Shown here: positions 1-6,851 of the stretch, one piece after another
Layout: each line of letters begins with the position of its first letter
Numbering within the stretch: the first letter of the stretch is position 1
Assembly: GCF_001457595.1 (NCBI RefSeq)
Contig: NZ_LN831039.1
Coordinates: 5,310,001-5,342,000, forward strand
Length of the DNA stretch: 32,000 bases
Reading direction: 5' to 3'
Source of the DNA: Mycolicibacterium smegmatis
GTDB taxonomy: Bacteria; Actinomycetota; Actinomycetes; Mycobacteriales; Mycobacteriaceae
Program-made: the position numbers and the translations under genes
Notes under the pieces: model-generated
Database searches by the model: none
What the model was told of the DNA's origin: nothing
Seen by the model: the letters and a program-made list of their open reading frames with translations, nothing else

Positions 1-1237
1 ACGGCTTGACGCACCACAGCGAGGTGTCCCAGTTGCCGGCGTAGTAGCGCATGCCGGGCAGGAACGAGATCTTGCGCGGGAAGAGGTTTCCCAGCGTCAC
101 CGTGGTGACCAGCACCGCCAACAGCAGCAGCGGCAGCGGCGTGCTCAGGTCGGTGATGCCGACGTCGGCGTGCCCGACGAACAACGTTGCCACGCAGAAG
201 ATCATGAACACGTTCCACTCCAGCGGCACGCCCATGGGGATGGCACTGAGGATGCCGAAGTGGAAGCAGATCATCACGGTCGCCGCGAGCGCGGTGGGCC
301 ATCCGCCGTGGGAGAAGAACAGCGCCAGCGGCACCAGCATCTCGATCGCGGTGCTGACGTGCGCGAGCCAGCGCGAGGGGCGGCCGGGCCGTAGATCATC
401 CGGGAAGTGTTCGAAGAACTTGCGTTTGATGAACCGTGGCCGCAGCACCGGGTTGTTGCTCATCATCGTCGAGATGACGAACGGGAAGTGTTTGTTGAGC
501 TTGGAGGTGGCCGCGCCCAGCCAGATCACCATGCACACCAGCTTGGCGGCCAGGATCGCGTCGACGCCGTGACCGGCGAACAGGAACGCGACCGTGAACG
601 ACGCGTACACCTCGCCGCGCGCGGCCAGGAAGATGACCTTGTCGCGCAGACCGAGCACCGCGAGAAGCACCAGCACCGCGGCGATCTGCCACATCGGCAG
701 CACGCCGATCTCGGTGCCGAGTGCGGGCAGCGGCCCCGTACCGTCGGAGAAGATCGCGATCAGCAGCACCACGAGCAGCGCGCCGTACAGCACCGCGTCG
801 AACACCGTGCGGGTGTCACCCTTGGTCAGCGGCACGCGGTCGGGCCACGGGGGCAGGCGAATGGTCTTCGGCCGCAACCAGTACAGGATCGACCCCATCG
901 GCGGGAAAAACCGGTTGTTGAGCGGGCCGAAGCCGCAGCCTAGTCCCACGACCTCGTACAGCATGGTGTAGAGCACGACCTTCTCGAACACGATCGGTTC
1001 GGTCCACCAGTCGGCGACCGCGGTGAAACCGTCGATGCCGCGCGTGCTCAGCACCACGAGCCACGCGCCCAGGACGTACAGGCAGATCTTCACGACGTAG
1101 AACAGATGCAGCGCGACCGGGGTGCCGAACCCGACCTCGGCCCAGTGGCGGGCCATCGGCCGGATCTTCTCGGCGCGAGTGCCCTTGCTCCACTCCTCGA
1201 AGTCGACTTGCGGAGCGGTCTGCTTGAGAAAGCCCAT
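1..1237 (-). CDS. Multi-pass membrane protein, DUF3556-like (3' end truncated by window edge)
   Basis: Reverse-strand reading from ATG at 1237: MGFLKQTAPQVDFEEWSKGTRAEKIRPMARHWAEVGFGTPVALHLFYVVKICLYVLGAWLVVLS..., continuing open to position 2 (..YYAGNWDTSLWCVKP). Many hydrophobic segments. Not in the supplied ORF track, probably because it runs off the edge. Confidence 0.8.
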   Translation of the reverse strand, partial: MGFLKQTAPQVDFEEWSKGTRAEKIRPMARHWAEVGFGTPVALHLFYVVKICLYVLGAWLVVLSTRGIDGFTAVADWWTEPIVFEKVVLYTMLYEVVGLGCGFGPLNNRFFPPMGSILYWLRPKTIRLPPWPDRVPLTKGDTRTVFDAVLYGALLVVLLIAIFSDGTGPLPALGTEIGVLPMWQIAAVLVLLAVLGLRDKVIFLAARGEVYASFTVAFLFAGHGVDAILAAKLVCMVIWLGAATSKLNKHFPFVISTMMSNNPVLRPRFIKRKFFEHFPDDLRPGRPSRWLAHVSTAIEMLVPLALFFSHGGWPTALAATVMICFHFGILSAIPMGVPLEWNVFMIFCVATLFVGHADVGITDLSTPLPLLLLAVLVTTVTLGNLFPRKISFLPGMRYYAGNWDTSLWCVKP

Positions 1238-1248
1238 GCGGGCCAGAT

Positions 1249-1262
1249 TAGAACGTGTTCTA
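1249..1262. promoter_or_regulatory. Candidate KstR operator TAGAACGTGTTCTA
   Basis: Exact match to TnnAACnnGTTnnA, with 6-bp inverted arms TAGAAC/GTTCTA, 12 nt upstream of the ATG at 1237 (minus strand). Confidence 0.75.
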
Positions 1263-1270
1263 GTCGCCTG

Positions 1271-1795
1271 TCAGCCGGTCTCGGCCGGTGGGCGGTAGAA
1301 GATCGCCAACTGGCCGATTCCGCCGGCCAGACCGAGTACCACCGCGATCGCGAGCCCCCACCAGCCGTACAGGTAGTCGTAGAAACCGGTGCCGGAGAAC
1401 AGCAGGTGATCCAGGCTGAAGCGGCCCGCCCCGGTCCCGGCGATCGCGATCGCGGCGACCGCGAGGATCAGGTTGTACTCCCAGCCCTCCTTGACGATGA
1501 AGAAGCCGTTGGCCCGGTGCACGGTCCACGCCGCGACGAGCATCAGCGCGACGAAACCCGCCGCGGGAATCGGCGTCAGCAGGCCCACCGCCAGACCGAG
1601 GCCTGCGGCGATCTCGGTGGTGGCCGCCACGCGGGCGTGGAACATACCGGGCTTCATGCCGATGCTGTCGAACCAGCCCGCGGTGCCGGGGATGCGGCCG
1701 CCGCCGAAGAACTTGTTGTAGCCGTGAGCTGCCATGGTGAGGCCGAGAACCACGCGCAGGATCAGGATCGCAGTGTCGAACGCACTTTCCGCCAT
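1271..1795 (-). CDS. DoxX-like membrane protein
   Basis: MAESAFDTAILILRVVLGLTMAAHGYNKFFGGGRIPGTAGWFDSIGMKPG...; four hydrophobic helices and the typical LRxxLGLTMAAHGxxKFFGG N-terminus. Confidence 0.88.
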   Translation of the reverse strand: MAESAFDTAILILRVVLGLTMAAHGYNKFFGGGRIPGTAGWFDSIGMKPGMFHARVAATTEIAAGLGLAVGLLTPIPAAGFVALMLVAAWTVHRANGFFIVKEGWEYNLILAVAAIAIAGTGAGRFSLDHLLFSGTGFYDYLYGWWGLAIAVVLGLAGGIGQLAIFYRPPAETG

Positions 1796-1817
1796 GTGAC
1801 GAAATCTAAGCCATCTG

Positions 1818-2582
1818 TCACGCGGCTGCCCACCCCCCGTCCACACTGAGGATGGCACCGTGGATGTTGGCGGCCTCGTCACCGGCCAGGAACACCACCG
1901 CGGCGGCAACTTCCTCGGGCGTGCTCATCCGCCGCGACGGTATGCGGGCGAGCACCCCGGACACATGGTCGGCAGCCTCCAGCACCCGCTCGGTGGCGAT
2001 CGGTCCCGGCGCCACCGCGTTCACGCGCACGCCCTGCGGGCCGTATTCGACCGCCCACGATTTGGTCAGCGAGTGCACAGCGGCCTTCGTCGACGAATAC
2101 AGCGCCGCCCTGTCGCCCCCGATGAAGCCCGTGATCGATCCGACGTTGACCACGGCACCATGGCCGCGTTCGGCCATCGCGGGCGCCAGCGCACCGGTGA
2201 GCAGGAACGGGGCGATGACGTTGGTGCGGAAGGACGCAAGCAGATCCGGCTCCGAGACCGCGGACGTGGCCTCGGGCATGCCCCACAACCCGGCGTTGTT
2301 CACCAGGATGTCGATGTGCCCACCGGCCACCTCGACGGCCCGCCGGGCAAGCCGGCGAACCTCGTCCTCGCCGGCCGCCAGGTCGGCGGCGACGAGATCG
2401 ACCCGCCCGCCCGCGCTGCGGATGCCGGCGACGACGGCGTCGCCACGCGCGGCGTCGCGGCCGGTGATGACGACGTGCGCGCCGTTGGCTGCCAGCGACG
2501 ATGCGATGGCGACCCCGAGGCCGCCGGTTGCCCCTGTGACCAGGGCGGTGCGGCCTTCCAGCCGCGTGCTGTGGTTGTTCAT
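1818..2582 (-). CDS. SDR family oxidoreductase
   Basis: TGATGGLG cofactor motif, NNAG, YSSTK active site, C-terminal VDGGWA; start at MNNHSTRLEGRTALVTG. Confidence 0.92.
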   Translation of the reverse strand: MNNHSTRLEGRTALVTGATGGLGVAIASSLAANGAHVVITGRDAARGDAVVAGIRSAGGRVDLVAADLAAGEDEVRRLARRAVEVAGGHIDILVNNAGLWGMPEATSAVSEPDLLASFRTNVIAPFLLTGALAPAMAERGHGAVVNVGSITGFIGGDRAALYSSTKAAVHSLTKSWAVEYGPQGVRVNAVAPGPIATERVLEAADHVSGVLARIPSRRMSTPEEVAAAVVFLAGDEAANIHGAILSVDGGWAAA

Positions 2583-2606
2583 GCGTCCAGGTGTACTGTT
2601 CAAAAA

Positions 2607-3209
2607 ATGGACCAGCAAGTCCAAAAACTCACCCCCAAGGGGGCAGCGACCCGGCGGCGCATCATCGAGGGCGCCGCAGCCGAGATCCACAGCCGCGGCG
2701 TCGCCGACACCACGCTCGACGACATCCGTGCCCGCACGGGAACGTCCAAGAGCCAGCTCTTCCACTACTTTCCGGGCGGCAAGGATCAGCTGATGCTCGC
2801 CGTGGCCGAGCACGAGGCACAACAGGTCCTCGCTGACCAACAGCCCTACCTGGGCGATCTGACGTCATGGACGTCGTGGCGGCGCTGGCGCGACGCCGTC
2901 GTCGACCGTTACCGCCGCCAGGGACAGCACTGTCCGCTCAGCACGCTGATGTCAGAGCTGGGCCGCAGCACCCCCGGCGCGCAGGCCGTCTCGAGAGCCC
3001 TGCTGCGCCAATGGCACGACGAGATCACCACAGGCATCCGGCACATGCAGGGGCACGGCGAGATCACCGCGGACCTGGACGCCGAGCGTATGGCCGCCGC
3101 GCTGCTGGCCGGCATCCAGGGTGGCGTGAACGTCATGCTGGTGACGGGCGACCTGAGCTACCTGGAGGCCGCGCTGGACTCCGGTATCGCTGCGCTGCAA
3201 CGGGGTTAA
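2607..3209 (+). CDS. TetR family transcriptional regulator (LmrA/YxaF-like)
   Basis: MDQQVQKLTPKGAATRRRIIEGAAAEIHSRGVADTTLDDIRARTGTSKSQLFHYFPGGKDQLMLAV: canonical TetR HTH followed by a ligand-binding domain. Confidence 0.9.
   Translation: MDQQVQKLTPKGAATRRRIIEGAAAEIHSRGVADTTLDDIRARTGTSKSQLFHYFPGGKDQLMLAVAEHEAQQVLADQQPYLGDLTSWTSWRRWRDAVVDRYRRQGQHCPLSTLMSELGRSTPGAQAVSRALLRQWHDEITTGIRHMQGHGEITADLDAERMAAALLAGIQGGVNVMLVTGDLSYLEAALDSGIAALQRG
2608..2623. promoter_or_regulatory. Candidate TetR-family operator (TGGAC-N6-GTCCA)
   Basis: Perfect 5-bp inverted arms overlapping the start codon of the TetR gene and 26 nt from the divergent SDR start. Confidence 0.35.
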
Positions 3210-4471
3210 CCGTCGAGCGCCTTGGCCAACCGCTCGACATACGCCGCCAGGGCGTCCTCGCCGCCGATCGCGGATGCGGCGGTGTGCACGCTCACCGCGA
3301 CCGTGTCGCCGATGCCGTGCACGCCGTGTGTCAGGCCCATCATGGGCGACAACGCCGGGTAGCCTGCCGTCACCGCCACCCTGGCCGAACCGAAGCGCAA
3401 ATCCGCCGCGCCACGGTTGACGCTGGACACCACGGTGTTGCCGGTCGCCACGGGCGAACGCAGCGTCGGGTCGAATTGTGCGACGCCCCAACGCAACAGC
3501 GGGGCCGGTGTCGCGGCGAACGCCCGACTGGCCGCGATCATCGCCGGATGCGCGGCACGGACGCGGCGCTGCGCGAAGTCCTCCACGATGTGTTCGATGC
3601 GCTCGACATGCCCCAGGTCGGGATACAGGCCGATACCGACGTTGCCGAAGTGGTTGCGGGCCCGTCGTGGACCGGCTTTCGCCATCGGGACCTCCGCGCC
3701 CAGGTAGGCCGGGTCGTCGCCCAGTTCGCGCAGGTGGGCACTGAGCGCGGTCGAGATCGCGCTCAGGACACCGACCGTGACGGTCGGGCCGGAGATCTGG
3801 TCCCGGGTTCGCACGATCGTGCGTATCCAACGGTGCCCGTCGGGTGCGGAGTTGCTGCGAAGTACGGGACGCGCGGGTGCCTGCGGCGGCACCTCGCCCC
3901 ATGCCTCGTCGGCGACGAGTCTCCGGTGCGCACGCGCGGCCCGCACCGCACGCACCGGCAGCGCCGCCGTCGGGAACCTGCTGGCCGGGATCGGGTCCAG
4001 GATTGTCTCGCGTCCGAACAGCCTGGCGGCCAACGCCGACGAGCGGATCCCGTCGGCCAGGGCGTGCGCGATCTGCAGCACAACCACGACACCGGTGTTG
4101 TCGTTGCGCGGCATGTCGCGCACGTGCGGGTAGACATGCAGCCGCCACGTGGCGGTGGTCGCGTCGAGTTGATCGTCGGCCAGCGCGCTGATCGCGTCGA
4201 GACATTCGTTCCACGTCGGCGCACCGAGATCGTGGACGACGAACTGACCGTCGGTGACCGGGCCCGGCACCCACGCCGGATACACCAGCCTGACGCCGTC
4301 ACTGATCCGCAACGCGAGATCGGGGCAGCGTCGCGCGCGGGCCCGTACCTCGTCGAGCGCCGCGTCCAGATCACCTGTGTCGCCGTCGAATCCGTACAGC
4401 AGGAACTGGTCGTTCGGAAGCTTCGCCGACATCCACCAGGTCTGCGCGTCCACGGCCGCCAAGCGGGCCAC
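3206..4471 (-). CDS. WS/DGAT / condensation-fold acyltransferase-like protein
   Basis: GTG start; N-terminal MARLAAVDAQTWWM; core QIAHALADG resembles the HHxxxDG acyltransferase motif; C-terminal SSVNRGAADLRFGSARV... SVHTAASAIG. Confidence 0.65.
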   Translation of the reverse strand: MARLAAVDAQTWWMSAKLPNDQFLLYGFDGDTGDLDAALDEVRARARRCPDLALRISDGVRLVYPAWVPGPVTDGQFVVHDLGAPTWNECLDAISALADDQLDATTATWRLHVYPHVRDMPRNDNTGVVVVLQIAHALADGIRSSALAARLFGRETILDPIPASRFPTAALPVRAVRAARAHRRLVADEAWGEVPPQAPARPVLRSNSAPDGHRWIRTIVRTRDQISGPTVTVGVLSAISTALSAHLRELGDDPAYLGAEVPMAKAGPRRARNHFGNVGIGLYPDLGHVERIEHIVEDFAQRRVRAAHPAMIAASRAFAATPAPLLRWGVAQFDPTLRSPVATGNTVVSSVNRGAADLRFGSARVAVTAGYPALSPMMGLTHGVHGIGDTVAVSVHTAASAIGGEDALAAYVERLAKALDG

Positions 4472-4497
4472 GCGTCACACTCCCCCGGCCGGGCCGG

Positions 4498-5193
4498 TCA
4501 CGGTTTCACCGGTTCGAACTCCGACATCAACCACTGCCCGTCCTCGCGCACCATCGTCGCGCGAACGGTCGACGTGGTCTTCTGCGGCGCCTGATCTCCC
4601 ACGGCCACCAGTTGATTGACGAACAGCACCAGTTCGACGCGGTCCGGCGACGCCGATGCGACGCCGATCGCGGGCACGTCGGCGTTCGCGGTGACGCGCT
4701 GCGTGGTCGCGACCGGGATGACCCGGGTGTTGACCAGCGTGGTGTAACTGTCGCGGAAGTTGCCGGTGAGCCGGTTCAGCGCCTCGTTGAGATGCGCTTC
4801 GACGGTGTCCGGCTCGTACGACAGCATCTCGACGGTGATGTCCTTGGCGGCCTGCACCGATTCGGTTCTTGCCGTGTCACTTTCGGCGTTCCAGGCGATC
4901 TGCCACTTCAGGAACGCCGACCCCGCGGCCAAGAGCAGCGCGACGGCCGGGATCACGGCGAACACCAGCACGCGCGACCACGCGATGGTGCGCGCGGGTT
5001 CGGGGTCCGGCTCGGGTGACTCTTCGGTGGTCTCTTCGGCCTCCGGCGTCACGTCATCGCTCGAGGTGGCATCCTCGGCGGGCTCGGTGAGCCCAGCCTC
5101 TTCGGTGGCCTCGACGGTCTGCTCGGCGGTCTCTTCTTCGGGGCGCTCCTTCTCGGCCTGCGTGAACGCCCGGAAACTGTGCCTACCGCTCAT
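4498..5193 (-). CDS. Mce-associated membrane protein-like
   Basis: Acidic N-terminal tail, one TM segment (SRVLVFAVIPAVALLLAAGSAFLKW), then a Mam/NTF2-like region (DTVEAHLNEALNRLTGNFRDSYTTLV...). Confidence 0.75.
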   Translation of the reverse strand: MSGRHSFRAFTQAEKERPEEETAEQTVEATEEAGLTEPAEDATSSDDVTPEAEETTEESPEPDPEPARTIAWSRVLVFAVIPAVALLLAAGSAFLKWQIAWNAESDTARTESVQAAKDITVEMLSYEPDTVEAHLNEALNRLTGNFRDSYTTLVNTRVIPVATTQRVTANADVPAIGVASASPDRVELVLFVNQLVAVGDQAPQKTTSTVRATMVREDGQWLMSEFEPVKP

Positions 5194-5768
5194 TCGATGA
5201 ACTCCACATCGGAAACCTTTGCCTGCCCGGCGTTCTCCTCGACGGTCAGCCGCATGCGCCAGAACTGGGGCGCCTGCTCCGGCACACCCGCGTTGGTCGA
5301 CTTCACCGTCACCGAGACCAGCACCTTGGCCGTGTTGTCGTCGACGGACTCCAGCGCCGAACTGGTGATGGTGCCCTCGGATTTCGACTGCACCTGCTTG
5401 ACGACCTCGAGATAGGACTCGGCGCGCTTCTGGAAGTCGTCGAAGAACGTCCCGCTCGCGGAGTCCAGCACGCGTTGCACATCGGCGTCGGCGGTCTCCC
5501 AGCCCACGTTGGTCAGTGCCGTCGCGGCCTGGCGACCGGCCTGCAGGAACGCCTCGCGCTGCTGCTCGACGCCGTAGGACTGATAGGCACGGTAGCCGAG
5601 CCACCCGGTCAGCACCGCGAGCACCACGACCACCGCGATCCCCACCCGCGCACCCAGCGCGACCCGCGACAGCGGCTCTTTGACCTCCGGGGTCCCGTCC
5701 TCGGGGGCCTCCTCGGCCTCTTCGGCGTCAGTCGACTCGACGGCGTCAGGGCTGTCGTCGTCTGCCAT
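5190..5768 (-). CDS. Mce-associated membrane protein-like
   Basis: Acidic N-terminus, single TM (VGIAVVVVLAVLTGWLGYRAYQ), Mam-like domain (VQRVLDSASGTFFDDFQKRAESYLEVVKQ); stop overlaps the start of the downstream gene by 4 nt. Confidence 0.75.
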   Translation of the reverse strand: MADDDSPDAVESTDAEEAEEAPEDGTPEVKEPLSRVALGARVGIAVVVVLAVLTGWLGYRAYQSYGVEQQREAFLQAGRQAATALTNVGWETADADVQRVLDSASGTFFDDFQKRAESYLEVVKQVQSKSEGTITSSALESVDDNTAKVLVSVTVKSTNAGVPEQAPQFWRMRLTVEENAGQAKVSDVEFIE

Positions 5769-5987
5769 ACCTCTGCTCCTCGGCTGCTGCACCTGCACTA
5801 CATGTCGCACGCCTGGTGTAAACGAGCGCGCGGTCCAACGTACGTGGCGTCGGTCACACCGTCATCGGCGGTACCGGGTGCGCAGCTTATTCGCTGCGAG
5901 GCTGTGCCTCCAGAAGCATCGGGTTCGCGTCCGAGGCGGTGACCCGCCTCGGTAACGTGACGCCGGGGGGCCGCCGAGAGGAAGTCC

Positions 5988-6851
5988 GTGAGCACTGCAC
6001 AAACCGAATCGCAGACCGTTGCGTTCCGTGGTGTCGACGATCTGACCCTCGTCGGCGACGAGTGGAACAAGGGCGCCGAGCGGGCCGCGGACCGGCCCAC
6101 GGTCCTGTTGCTGCACGGCGGCGGCCAGAACCGGTACTCGTGGAAGAACACCGGCCAGATCCTGGCCGATCAGGGATTTCACGTCATCGCGCTGGACGCC
6201 CGCGGGCACGGCGACAGTGACCGCTCCCCCAGCGCGAACTACTCGGTCGACGCGATGTGCGGCGACGTGCTGGCGGTGCTGTACCAGATCAGCCGTCCGG
6301 TGGCGCTGATCGGCGCCAGCATGGGCGGACTGACGGGACTCCTCGCGGCGCACGAGGCCGGCCCGGAGCGCGTGACACAACTCGTGCTCGTCGACGTCGT
6401 GCCCAACTTCGAGAAGTCCGGCAGCGCACGCATCCGCGACTTCATGGCGAGCAACGTCGACGGCTTCGACACGCTGGAGGAGGCCGCCGACGCCGTCGCG
6501 GCGTACCTGCCGCATCGCAGGAGACCGCGCAACCCCGAAGGGCTCAAGAAGAACCTGCGCCTACGCGACGGCCGTTGGTACTGGCACTGGGATCCGGCGT
6601 TCCTCGGCAAGCCGCACGACGACCCGTTCGTGCGGGTCGAACGGCTGGAACAAGCCGCGGTGAACCTGACTGTTCCGATCCTGTTGATCCGTGGGAAGCT
6701 CTCCGACGTGGTCAGCCCAGAAGGTGTCGCAGAGTTCCTGGAGAAGGTCCCCGCCGCGGAGTTCGTCGAACTCTCCGATGCCGGGCACACCGCAGCAGGC
6801 GACGACAACGACGCATTCACCCAGGTCGTCGTGGAGTTCGTGAACCGGTGA
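5988..6851 (+). CDS. Alpha/beta hydrolase
   Basis: GTG start; LLLHGGGQNRYSW, GASMGG nucleophile elbow, C-terminal LSDAGHTAAGDDN histidine. Confidence 0.92.
   Translation: MSTAQTESQTVAFRGVDDLTLVGDEWNKGAERAADRPTVLLLHGGGQNRYSWKNTGQILADQGFHVIALDARGHGDSDRSPSANYSVDAMCGDVLAVLYQISRPVALIGASMGGLTGLLAAHEAGPERVTQLVLVDVVPNFEKSGSARIRDFMASNVDGFDTLEEAADAVAAYLPHRRRPRNPEGLKKNLRLRDGRWYWHWDPAFLGKPHDDPFVRVERLEQAAVNLTVPILLIRGKLSDVVSPEGVAEFLEKVPAAEFVELSDAGHTAAGDDNDAFTQVVVEFVNR

Noticed and set aside
2867-4594. 575-aa plus-strand ORF
   Set aside because: Antisense to the acyltransferase-like gene, with Arg/Gly/His-rich content typical of high-GC shadow ORFs.
5820-5850. GTCCAACGTACGTGG as a possible KstR or other operator in the 5769-5987 divergent region
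   Set aside because: No GTT half-site at the right spacing. ACGTACGT is a short palindrome expected by chance; insufficient evidence.
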